A stretch of 63,785 bases of DNA, the filler included, from Hyphochytrium catenoides (taxonomy: Eukaryota > Protista > Hyphochytriomycota), in assembly GCA_900088475.1 (NCBI GenBank). It is 9 parts of 9 records of this genome, joined end to end, with 100 filler letters (N's around TTAATTAATTAA, not from the genome) between each part and the next. Parts side by side here need not be neighbours in the genome. Positions count along the whole stretch, not along the records: positions 14,869 to 40,349 come from FLMG01001475.1; positions 40,450 to 49,365 come from FLMG01004326.1; 7 more parts are not named here. One strand, written 5' to 3'. Within the stretch, counting starts at the first letter, position 1; every line of letters begins with the position of its first letter. A program made the position numbers and the translations under genes. This document shows, piece after piece, positions 35,586 to 47,714 of this stretch. A model generated the notes under the pieces. The model did no database searches. It saw only the letters and a program-made list of their open reading frames with translations, and was not told the DNA's origin.

Positions 35586-38500
35586 TAAAGTAGCTGACTC
35601 GAGGCATCATGCAAGGCGTCTCACCAGAGATTGGAAGAATGATGGATCCTCTTCGGCCCGCACCATTGGTGGTACAGACTGGCAGGTAATGGGGCTTCGC
35701 GAAGGGACTTAGCAAGAAGATATCCTATAGGAGTACTGTCTACTCCTCCTAGGAGCTTGGCTTCGCTGCCGACGCCGTTAATATGGTCTGCCGCATTCGT
35801 CCTGCCTAATCGGCCTACATAGTCTCGTCGCGCATGTTGAGCAGCAGTCACTCAGCATCGCTCTATTTAACATGATGAATGCTACGGCGGACACTTATCA
35901 GTAACGTTTCCTTACGCCATGCCGCAACTTCAGACTTCCTCCGGCTATAAGTGAGGCGAAAGCTCCTGGTCTTGGCATCTAGGCGGTTCATGATTCATGT
36001 GAGGTGTGGGGCAAGGTTAGTGGCGACTGGACTCCAGACTAAGTAGACAGACTCTACCGGACTAGCGTGATCGAATAGATTAGAGATGGGTAGAAGAGGG
36101 GCTTGTCCGGGAAGGTCCGTGTCCCGAACTCTCATGGCGGCTGGTGTATAAAGGTAAAGCATGCAAATGTTAATGTATCGGCTCGTCTTCACTGTCCGTT
36201 GCTAATCTCAGACGGAAGAACAAGTAGTTAGCAAGCGGAGCGTCAAGACGAAGGTCCAGCGGGTGGGCAACCGCGATTGAAGCTCTTCTGCCTGCGCAGT
36301 GGCCGCTCTCAACGCGGATCCTGAAGGGCAGTGACCGTCCTGGGTGGGATATAGGTGAGTGGAGTGCATGCATCAGTAGCTAATACGCTCAGGATCTCAG
36401 GCGAAAACGAAGATCGATAACGACTGAAGTACACGGAAGGGCAAGATTTGGCTACAGGCTGGTCAGGATAAGGAAGGTCATACGCTGGCCTTCTGCTACC
36501 CTCATGCTATCAAAGAGGTCTCAAAAAGGGAGGATGCATCGTCGAGGCACACCATAGCTAACACGGAGCAGCACGTGCGTCGCTCAATCGATGATCGTAC
36601 TTCTTGTAACCTCTATCACGGCGGAGCTGAGCTTGAAAGAGACTCCTTAACAGACTCGCTCCCGGACACAGAAGATTCCCAGTCACTTCTCTCTTGTGGA
36701 CCGGACGAAGGCTAAGCTCTTCCGTTACTATCATGCCACTAAGAACTAATAATAGCTCCTCAGCCCTAAGAAGAAAAATTCATGGACGAGGAGGAGGTGA
36801 CCGGGGAAGAAAGGGATAGCTATGATAGCTATGAAGAAATAGAAGACGACTTTGCTTCGGTTGTCGTCACCACAGCGTTCCAAGCTTTGCTTGAGGAGGA
36901 GGAACAGTAACCCACTGCGAGAAGGTTGTTCCTAAGGATGTGATCGGTTGCCTTTCTCTAGTCACGAAGAAGGGGTCTCCTCTGCCCATTCCTAATAACA
37001 GAGAAGAGAAGATGAGTGCCCATCATCGTCGCACTCTTCTCTTGAAGACTTGGCAAAAGTCCCTGCCTAGCGTTTATCTTCTGGCAAGAGCAGACCGCCA
37101 TGTCTCCAGAGACAACTTGATGATGATCTCTCCTTCGCCGCCCTGGTAACCGCTCCTATTCGTCGTCGCTCTTAGACCGAAACCGGTCAGGAGGAACATT
37201 GACAGAAGAAGAAGAGCCGACGACGAGCCTCCCCATCATCACTTCTTATCCTGTCTGCTACTACGACTCTACTAACTAAAGCCTGCTGCCTCTTCGTCGT
37301 TCTTCTGCTGCCTTGTCCTCTGTCTGGCGCCTTGTTAACCCAGACAAGCACCAGCTCTTAGCTCTCTCATCATAGAAGAAGAAGAAGAAGGCCTAGTAGG
37401 GCCAACAACGGAGGAAAGAAAGAACTGTTGTTATCATACGTTAGTGCATGTTGTCTGTTCTGCTCGAAGCCTTTGCTAGGAGGAGAAAAAGAAAGAGGAG
37501 ACGACGAGAAGAAACCAACAGAGCAGGCCCGGCAGTAGTAGTGGTAGGTGGTAGCTAACGCGGCGGGCAGGACCATGCTCGATCCTAGGGACGGACGACA
37601 GCGGTTACTTCCCAGCGTGCTAGCCTCCCGCTGGACTGTCCACTTGTCGAGCAACTGGGTGGTGGGCTAAGTTCGCCATGAGGGACAGCAGTAGCAGCAG
37701 TTGCAGTCCTTCTTCTTCTATAGGTGCTCGCTGATGACGACGACCTCCTCCTTCTTCCTCCTTGTGCTGCATGAGCTTGAGCTATTATTAGATCTATCAA
37801 CAAGCTGCCATCCATCCAACGAAAGCGAAACGACAGGATGGAGGCTTCTTCTTAGCAGCCGTAGCGTATTGAGAATAGATTGCTTGTGATCCTCCTCTAC
37901 AATGCTGTGAGACAATGAGGAGACACTTCGCCAGCACTGTCCACCTGGCTGCTAACGCCTACGCACTACCGCGTAACGGTAGTAGACTAACTCGCACTCG
38001 ACTGGTACCTTCCTGACCGGTACCGCCTCATTATTATAAGGAAGGAGCAGCGTCCTCGGCCTCGCACTGGCAGAGAGTGAGGTTGGTCTCTTTGTTTGTT
38101 TTTTCATTGTTGTTAATGTTGCTAGGAAAGTCCAAATATTTCTCTCCTATCTCTCTTTTTCTTCTCTGATGATGATGATGTGAGAGGAGAGGAGAGAGAG
38201 TCTGCTGATGAGCAGGTTGAGACTTTCCCGTTGTTGTTCTTATCTCTTCTTCTTCTCCATTATCGTTTCTTTCTTCGTCCTTCACTTCTTGCTCTTCTTC
38301 TTTGTTTCATCATCCTTCTTATAGCAGGGGATAGAGCTATAATAGCAGTGTCTCTAACAACCTGCTGCTGAGCTAACAGCCTGAGCTGAGGTCAGAAGAT
38401 GACATCGTCGATGCAGAAAGACCATTCATATCGAGATCATAGAGCTCGAAGGGTAACATTAATTGTGAACCGCGGTCAACATAAAAGAGTGAAGGCTATT

Positions 38501-39046
38501 AAGCTAAGGTAGCTCCTTCTTCTTATCTAGTCACGCACCAGCAGGAGGCTCAACCACCGGGCCCACTAATGATGATAGTTCATCATCATCCTGTTCATAT
38601 ATGATCATTGCCTAACGCGCGTATAATACTCCTGCCCCATGGTCGGGCCTGGTGATGATGATCGCGCTCTCTTAATCAACCTCTACACAGTAAGCGAGCG
38701 CCAGTATCATTCCCTTGGTCGTAGGCACGAGATGACGGATGATGGCTACTAGATCACAGGCAGAGCACCAGGAAGCAGGATGGTCACCTGGAGATGGCAG
38801 TAGTAAAGCAAGGGATAGCTGCAGCCCAACCAGGAGAAGAGAAGGGAGAAGAGAAAGCAAAAGAAGATGACGGAGGACGGAGCTGGAGGAAGCAGTGAGG
38901 CAGAGTCTCTCCTAGAGAAAGAAACATTATCATACAGCTTCCTCTCAATTCTTTGTGGAGCTGATCTATCTTTATTTCTCTTAGCTTTCCTTTGTTCTAT
39001 ATAGATCTCTTGATACATGTTTGTGCAGCACGATCTCTTCCAACCA

Positions 39047-40349
39047 CTAGGTGGAAGAGCCTTTCGACTTGTGAGTCGACTGAGAGTGGTTGGAGGCATG
39101 AACCTTCTTGTCGGTGCTCTTGTTCTTGGTGTTGCTTCTGTTGAACTTCATCACATGCGCAACCAGTAGCACTTTGTTCTCTTCGGCAGATAATGTCTGG
39201 CGGGTCCTTGCATAAGCATAGTAGTACACTACCATTCCAATGAGGATCAAGAAGAAGATAAGAGCGTCATAGAAGGCACGCCCTTGGAAGCCAAGCGAGC
39301 CCACCAGTGACATGGTCCAGATAACAAGCCCGACGAGCGCCCCAGGAATGCCAAAAGGGTTACGGAACGTGCTGGCGTTGTTTGACTTGAAATAGTTCTT
39401 CTTCATGGCAATGTATCCGACCAGTCGACCGATGTACGCGGCAAAGCCACTCATAATGCAAATGTTAAAGAGATACTGCTCTACCACGGGGATGAAGGCA
39501 ACCAGTAAGCACATCAGATAGCTCAGAAGAGTGCCAGCGGTGATGCCAAGAGCAGGCGTATTAAACCGCGACATCTCTCCCAGCTTGGGAGGCAGCAGCC
39601 GTGAGTTGGCCATAGCCAAGATCAGCTTGCCGTAGCACCACATAAACCCGAAAGCCGTAGCGTATGTCGCGGGTAGAGAAAGAATGGTCGCGTAGGTCTT
39701 CCTCATGTCAAACATGCGCGAGAAGCCGTTGTCGAAGGGAAGCAGGACGCTAGAGATAGGGATCCTATTGCCTTCATCGTCAAACTCTTCGGGAGGAGGC
39801 AAGGAGACCGTGACAAAGTACGTCATGGTGCCCGTCACAAACAGAGTCAGCACACAGAGAGCCTGCGCGAATGGAACAACCTTCTTTGGCTGCTGAACCT
39901 GATCGCAGACCATCGGCAACGCCTCGACGCCAACATAGAACCACGGAGCAATGGGCAACATCTTCATAAAGCGATCCATGCCGCCCTCAAACTCACCGAT
40001 ACCGTGAGCAGCCAAGTTTGTGGCAAAGTCCACATAGGGAAGGGAGCCGAAGCAATAGATCAACAGGATGATCGTGGATGGGACGCCAATGATCCAGTTA
40101 AAGTACCAAAAGGTTTTGCCTCCAATGATGTGAATGGGCAGGGCGCTGAGATAGAAGAGCAGCCAGAGCAATGGCTCATAGCCTGCCAGAGCTGGTGCAG
40201 CCAGGACTATCATGCGAATGAAGGACACGACTGAAGTTGCGACGTAGGCGATATACTCTAGCGCCTCAGCGCCTCCAATGAGGAATGCTGGTAGGAACCC
40301 TAGCGTACATCTGCAGAGACCATAGGAGCCTCCAGCAAACGGAAGATTG
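39047..40349 (-). CDS. APC amino-acid permease copy 3, 5'-truncated by the contig end
   Basis: Open frame from the contig edge (NLPFAGGSYGLC...) to TAG at 39047; near-identical protein to copy 2, opposite strand. Confidence 0.93.
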
Positions 40350-40449
40350 NNNNNNNNNNNNNNNNNNNNNNNNNNNNNNNNNNNNNNNNNNNNTTAATTA
40401 ATTAANNNNNNNNNNNNNNNNNNNNNNNNNNNNNNNNNNNNNNNNNNNN

Positions 40450-43400
40450 CCCCATGCGCTGGATCGGAAGTTGAGACTCGCACTTGCAATGAGGGAGCAT
40501 GCCAGACAGGTAGTACACGGCACCCCACTCATTCGTCGGTCGTCGGGTTCTAAATACTTTTTACCTTGATCTTTTACTTTGTTTAGCTTCTCCCTCTGTT
40601 TCCTTTCTTTCGTGCCTCATGTCTGATGTGTCCCATATGGGCATATAAACGGATTTCTCTCTCTCTCTATGGTCTCATTCCATCCCTGTGCTTACTTAAC
40701 GCCGTTCCTCGCCTTTTCCTAGTTGTGGATGGCGGTTATACGCCGTGGTTACCTTGGACAGAGTGCTCCTCGACCTGTCCCACCGATCGCGGAGGCTTTT
40801 TCATTGGCAACCAGACCCGCAGTCGGAGCTGCACGAGTCCAACCCCTTCCGCTAGCGGCAAGGACTGCTCATTATTGGGCAGCAGCACCGAGACGAGGCA
40901 ATGCAATGTCGCAGAGTGTCCGTGGCCCGCGCCACTATGTCCTCCATATCCCCGAGGTGAGGGATGAGGCAAACGAGTTAGTCTCGATGAAAACAGCCGT
41001 CCTTGGTCCTTTCGGCCCTTTGTTCTGTGTTGCCTCTTTCTCTTTCTCTGTAAACAACTTCTTCCATCCCTCACCCCCATGAAGGTCTTTCTGAAATTTC
41101 GGTTCCATGCTCTTCTACAATCAGGTACGCCTATTATCCGCTTCGAGAGGTCCCTACCGGAGTGCTCCGGACATGGTTCTTGCGTGCGTCCTCGCGGATG
41201 CACAATCAATAATGACTGCAGATATTCCTGTCAGTGCCAGACGAATTGGGCGGGAGAGGACTGCTCCATCACTTCTGAGCAATTCCTCGAGCGCCAGAAC
41301 ATTCGTCAGAGCCTCGTGGAAGCTGTTGCTAATGCCTCACAGCTGATTGTACGTGACTGAGCACCAAGTCTCCTCATTCATAGCCATAATATCTCTAGTC
41401 TCTCTCATCTGTTCCTCTTCTCGCACACTTACCCTGAAATTTAGCCTGAGAGGTCTGTTATCCAACTCAGTCCACCTCTGCTGACTGACAGTACCTCCCT
41501 GTGTTTGGTATAGTTTATTGCTCCAGAGTCCGTCAGCGCTGTAGCTTCATCTCTATCCACGATCACATCGGCCACGTCAGAACTGAATGCTGCGACAGTG
41601 GCGATGACTCTCAGCTTGACCAATTCTCTCATCGAAATGGCGACCCTGATTCCAAGCGGGCTTACTGCCAAGAGTTCCCAGGAGATCCTGTTAAGTCTTA
41701 GTAATGCGCTGGAGGCCAGTGCGAATCCCCTTCATAGTCTTTCTAAACAAGATGAGGACGGACCGCTTGATTTTGAACTCGCTGTTGCTCCTGCGGACGT
41801 CAGTAGCACTGTGGCAGCGGCAGCTGATGGGCTGGTGGACCTGTTTCTCGGCGAAGCTGCACCAGGGGAGGAGATGGTGACTCTGAATAGTCCCGGCCTA
41901 GTAGTGGGTGCAATGAGGACGGAGGCCAGGTCTTATTCTGCGCTGCAGCTGCTGGACGGGCCTAGCGTCACGATCCCCGAGGAGAGCATTGACAGCTCGG
42001 ACGTCGTAGATCTTAAGGTCGGCTCTATTGACTCTCTAAGCTGTGTTGCCCTCTTGATGGAACTCGCACCAAGCTGACTTTTCTCGGCTGTCCGCAGATG
42101 CTCCAATGGAATATCCCGCCATACAATGCTGATTCCGAACTGAGGACCCAAGTTGTGAGCATTCGCATGGCCTACTCTGGGAATCGAAGCGAGTACCGAG
42201 TGCACTACCTCTCCGCACCACTCATAATAGAGTTCCATCTGTCAAACTTCAATCTGTCTGAAGGTACATCTCCCCAGGATAATTTGAGAGACCTTCCTCT
42301 GTCTTGTCTCTGGTATCCATGCTTAATTCCACCCGAAGTTCACACCTCAAAGGCTATCGTTGGAACAGGCTTTTCCTTCGCTTACGCCTTTACGTTTGCT
42401 TCTTCATCGTTCGACCTCCTAACGAGGCCTCTTGATCCTCGACAGGGTCGCACCCGATCTGTCGCAGTTGGAACTATAACTTAGAAGAATGGGTCACCGA
42501 TGGCATTTTGCAGCGAGGACTTGTGCTCACCGAGATGGGAAGAGCCAAGCTTACCTGTGAGGTGACACACCTCACAGAATTCAGTGCGACTGGGGATGCC
42601 ATCACCCCCCAAATCAATCAGGTGCTTGCTCAAACGTCCTTGTTCTCTTTGCCCATCTTCAGCCTGTCTCTTTGAACAGACTCAAACTACCTACGACCCT
42701 GAGAGCTCAAACGTGCCCTTCTTTTCGTCTACTGTCCCTCAGATCGACCTCGTTGCCGATGCACGATATCTGGTAGACTTTGAGACAAACAAGGTTCCAG
42801 CGATGATAGTCATCGCCTTCTTAACCTGCTTTGGTCTGCTCGTGGTGATCTCCTATGCACTGGACAGGAAGGAAGCGGAACTATTGAAAGAGCAATTAGA
42901 AGACTCATATGTACGTCTAGGGGATCTGGCGGAAGTGCTGGATGACAGCGACGATGAGGACGACAACACTATACCGACCAACACCACCAGCGCTAAAACA
43001 GCCTCCACACGGAGTGCTGACGGAACTACCGAGGACCCTGAGACCCGGCCTAAGGATTCAGCAGTAGCTGGTGTATCTATCAAAAGCGCTGTACTGCAAG
43101 CTCCTTGGCAGATTCTATTAGTCACTTTCTCGGCTCTGCAGACAGAGGGAAAGGCTATCGGAGTGCTGAAGCCCGACCTTCGCTCCCACATCACACTGTC
43201 CAGGCCCCAGCGACTGGTTATCTTCTGTGCCACGGTGATGATTACACTCACAGTCAGCGCCGTTTTCCATGGAAAAAGACAGCCTAACTTTGCTAGCACT
43301 CTAGTCGTCTCCGTCCTGTCTATGATGGTCACACTGCCCGTGGACCTGGGGCTTCCGTCCGCTTTTAAGGCGCTCCAGATGCCGTTCAAATCATTCACCC

Positions 43401-45205
43401 GTTCTGAGTGGAAGGGCAAGGGTCTCGATTTGAGTATGGCGTATCGCGTAATCTGTTGCTGTTGCTGCAAGCGCAAACCAAAGAAAAAAGGTGTAGCTTC
43501 CGTGCTAGATAATGCCAAGCCGAGTAACAATGCACATCGCAAGATGGCTGTGGTACGGAACCCAGACGTCGGGCCTGCGCTCTTCCCTGTGAAACCTCTT
43601 GAGCCATCCGGCAGTGGTGTCTCCTACGGCGGGGTCCAGCAAGAGTTGGAGTCGATAGGACAGACTACCGAGAGCTTATGGAAGGTTGTTCGTGTACAGT
43701 CCCCCAGGGCCGTGAAAAGTGAAGCACTAGCTGAGACCCAATCTTCTAGCAGGGATCGTGCAAGACTGAGTGTAATATCTTTGACGCCAACAGCTTCTCC
43801 ACCCCCGAAAGCTTCCACATCTTCTTCTAGGCCCGAGAGTCCCACACTTAGGTCAAGCACTCCACTATCTCCTCAACCGACGGGACGGCTTCGTACCGCA
43901 TCGTTGGGTCACCAGCAGAGCTCCGAGCACCATCGCCCGCGATCGCCGCTCGACGTGTCGAATATTGGCCGATTGAAGGTTGGAGAGCTGCCACAACCAC
44001 AAAGTGCACCGCGTAAGATTGTCGTAAGTAAGACATCTTTCCAGTCGGCGGGCGTGTTGCAAAAAGGGGCCAACCATACGCTGGTAGAGGAAGACCTAGA
44101 GTTAGTGAAGCCGTACAATGCACTCCCTGGGGTGCTTGTTTTGGTCGGAGTTGGACTACTCATCATAGGCTTCCTCTTCCTTGTAGCAGCGGGTTACTTG
44201 GCGCTATATCCGGACAAAGCTTATGGCTACGGCGGCTTGCTAGCCTTCATTCCTGGCCTATTGGGCTTGCTGGGCATCTTAGTGAATGGTATCGCCATGT
44301 ACGGCCTCAGTAAGCGCCGACGTGGCACCACACGCACGAGCGGTGCTTATCTTTTCCTTCTGGGTTTGCTAATGGCCTCTATGGCGGTCGCTTTTAGCTC
44401 TTTGCCAGACTCTCCACGACTGAAGGCGTTTATTACCAACCCTTTGCGTGACACCTGGGACATGCATGTTAAAGCCCTTGATGACCCGGCAAAGGCAGGG
44501 CCATCCCGAACCTTCCTCCAGTCTGTTCAGCACGACCTCCAGTGCTGCGGGTTTGAAGATCTCCCGGTTGATTATTACCGCCGCAGTTGTCCTTATGCAC
44601 AAAACCTCTCAACTTGTAAGGAAAAGCTATTGGAAGCTCTGTTGACCGAGGGTCAACCTGTAGCAATGGGACTGTGTGCGATTGGAATGGTGCACGCCGT
44701 GTTTGGGGCGTTGCTAGTGTGGATCAGCCTCCAGCCTCCCTTCTACGCAACCAATCCGGTGACTGAGGAGCTGAAGATCCGCAAGCTATGCCTGGCTCTG
44801 CAAGTGCTTCTGGACGGACGGCCGATTGACAAAACCATGATTAAGGCGGCGACGACAATTCAAAAAGGATATCGGATCCATTTTTACCGTCTCAGGCAAA
44901 CGCGGATGCAGGAGATACGGGAATGGAGACAGAAAAGCAAGCTACGACGATTCCTCTTAGCTCTCCTCTATGTGGCGGCTATCTCCGTCATCCTCTTCTG
45001 TCTATATGTTAACCTCGTCTTCGCGATGAAGTTTGATGAGGAGAGACAGCGTTCCTGGCTCACAACCTCCATGATCGCAATCCTGGTAGATCTCTTCATC
45101 AGAGAGCCCACCACTGTCTTCTTCAAGGCGGTCAAGGAAGCGCTTCTCTACTTTATACCCAAGGATCTTAGAAAGAGTAAGAATAAGTTTAAGGGCAGGC
45201 GCTGA
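40450..45205 (+). CDS. Polycystin-1-like receptor, 5'-partial: TSP1 x>=2, EGF, GAIN/GPS, 5 PKD1-like TMs with an internal tetraspanin module and IQ motif
   Basis: Approximate exons 40450-40508, 40723-40956, 41124-41348, 41514-42017, 42099-42312, 42469-42621, 42743-45205. TSP1 VDGGYTPWLPWTECSSTC...TRSRSC; EGF CSGHGSC...CQCQTNWAGEDC; GPS W...EWVTDG...LTCEVTHL|TEFS (42568-42585); PKD1-like LSRPQRL...VSAVFHG and FAMKFD...SWL...DLFIREP; four TMs around LQCCG (44543); IQKGYR (44858). Confidence 0.85.
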
Positions 45206-47714
45206 CGGACTTTTGCCATTATATCGCTTTTGTTGGTTGTCTCAGTGTGTGCTTCTTAGAAGATGCCCTGATTTTCTCCTTTCTCCTTTCTTCGTGTGTT
45301 GCGATCATCTTTTAGGACGTTGCTAATATAAAACCTGCGGTATATTTTGCTAGATAGACATATGAATCTCATACCTTTGTCATGCCTGTCGCGCCTTCAT
45401 GCATGGTCAGGCCAAAGGCATTGGGCTAGTCTTGTCGGCACAAACTCTGAGTAACTCAATCGCCCTTCTGCCTCGACTATTTCCTCTCAGAGGCTCAGAA
45501 GTAGTCTCAACAATCAAGAGAACAGACAAGGAATTGGACAGTGCCCTAGTCATGGAGGAGGGAGAATGACCGGTAGAATTAGAGGAGACGAGAGATTTGG
45601 CAGGATTCTGACGTTTGACCGGCCTATCGGATGTCTTATTATCGGCTTGTTTCCCTCGCTGCCCCTCTCTTAATAGCAGATAGGCTATTGACGATGTAAG
45701 TGCTGCTGACGACCACACCGGCGACTCAGCATAACAAGAACCACGCTGACGACACGGTCAGTATGAGCAATCACCCAAGAACGCGGACGCATCATAGCAT
45801 TAGTTCAACGAAAGGAACTAAGAGGGCCTCGTCGACCTCCGGCTCCGGGTCTCCTGCCATGAAGACAAGGTTGAGATCATTCCAAAAGTTGCAAGAATGT
45901 GGATCCGAATGACCTGTCAATGGACAAAAACCTATCAATCCGCGCCACTGTCTCTCCTCCTTCAAATCATAGCCTACTTATTCAAAAGTTTCCCATCAGG
46001 AGGGAATTTCGCCAGGGCGTCAACTCTCTAGTCTCCAAGTCTTATGTGAATGTCTCCTGGCGGCAACAGAAATAGGATCGGCTCTACTTGAAGATCGCTC
46101 ATGACTAATAATAATACGATGCCCTCATGGGCCTCATGACATCTTGAACTGACTAGGAGCTATAGTGACAATGACTGAGTCAACCACCCGTTGTAGTATG
46201 TAACCTAAATATACTTAAGCGAGCACTGCTTCAAACTGCTGCGCCCCCACTGGAAGATGCAGGGCCGGATAAAGCTGGTTGCGAGCTGTTACCTGTCATC
46301 GGCGTGGGGACTCTCCTGCAGTAGGGTTTCTCTGTCATCAGTGTGGCGACTGTATTAGGGGTTCTCTGTATAGGGTCATGTTAGTATTCTCCAAGAACCA
46401 AGCAAAGGATGTTATTGACATACCTCTACTTGTACTAAGTGGTACATACCAAGGTCCCGTAGGTTTGCGTACCGGTGCTTTCATCGCTCTCCGTGTTCCA
46501 GATCAGTATACTAGATTCCACAAGGAGATGGCTGAGATAGCGGGACCGTAAATGAATCTGCAAGATTTTTAGCTTTATCCCGAAGATGAAGCTAATAACT
46601 ACCAAGACTCAAAGGAGAAAGAAAGGGAAGAAGGAGAAGAAGAAGATGAAGAAGAGACGAGCTACGGAGTCCAGGACTCTTCTTCAACACGCTTATTATC
46701 AATACCTCTACAGCCATCTCCACCTACAGTTTGCAGCCTCCCCTCTCCCCTCCCTTTTCGTTCTTCATCAATGAAAACAACCTTGTCTTCCCAAGGCCGG
46801 TAGTTCGTCTCTAGAAGTACCGATATTATGTATACAGCTGCAGTTGATAGAACTACTGTTCCATAGAAAACTTATGCCATATCGGGACTGTGGTGTAGTA
46901 GTAGTAGTGCTGTCCTTCCAGCGACATAGAGGCTTGTACCTTGCCAGTCTAATAATCTTTGACTAACGTGTAGGAAGAAGGAACTCTCTAGAACTACTCG
47001 AGCGGCTGTCTGGGGCCCAATAACCATGCAACCAACTATGGATGATGTCAGCCCTATGTACAATTTTCAGCAGTACCGTTACAGCAGGAGGTAGCGGAGA
47101 CCGGAGGCTGAAAGGGCATGGGAGTAGACGACACCGAAGCACCCTGTTTGAGCAAGACAAACGAACACGAAAGGCTTAGGGCTTCTATGTGGCCTCTCTT
47201 TCTCCTGATCTTCCTACAGCACTCTGTCTCTCACTTTTTTACCCTTAATAGGTGTTCAAGAGCCCATAAAGACACTTGCTCCCAAATGGCTTCTATCTTA
47301 TTTTACTAGTTCCCCATTTGCTCTATGGTCCCCTATTGAGAAGAGACACACAACCAAATACAAATCTCATTCTCTCTCTGTCCCTCTCTCTCCTTCTGAC
47401 CTCTCTCTCGGTCTCCTNNNNNNNNNNNNNNNNNNNNNNNNNNNNNNNNNNNNNNNNNNNNNNNNNCGCTGTGCAAGGGAACTGCGAAGCGGCAGAAGAC
47501 ATCACGCGCCGTCGCTCGTAACAGCTATTATGAAAAGGCAGATTCATCCAGCAGTTATACGGATTTTCAAGATGGCTTTGGAATGTGCAGGTCATAATAG
47601 CAGCAGCTACCGTTAGTATAAAGTGCTCTCGTGAGGAACGCATCCCACGTCTAGGATGAACATATTGAATCAAGGGTCAAAGAGGGCACATGCTAAAACT
47701 GAAGGGTATCTCCA

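Noticed and set aside
39047-39049. Stop-codon reassignment (TAG read-through), considered because of broken frames elsewhere
   Set aside because: Permease copy 3 ends in TAG at the same codon where copies 1 and 2 end in TAA; long conserved ORFs have no internal stops; the receptor gene ends in TGA.
42853-43542. 229-aa antisense ORF within the receptor gene
   Set aside because: Shadow frame of a long coding exon with no recognisable motifs.
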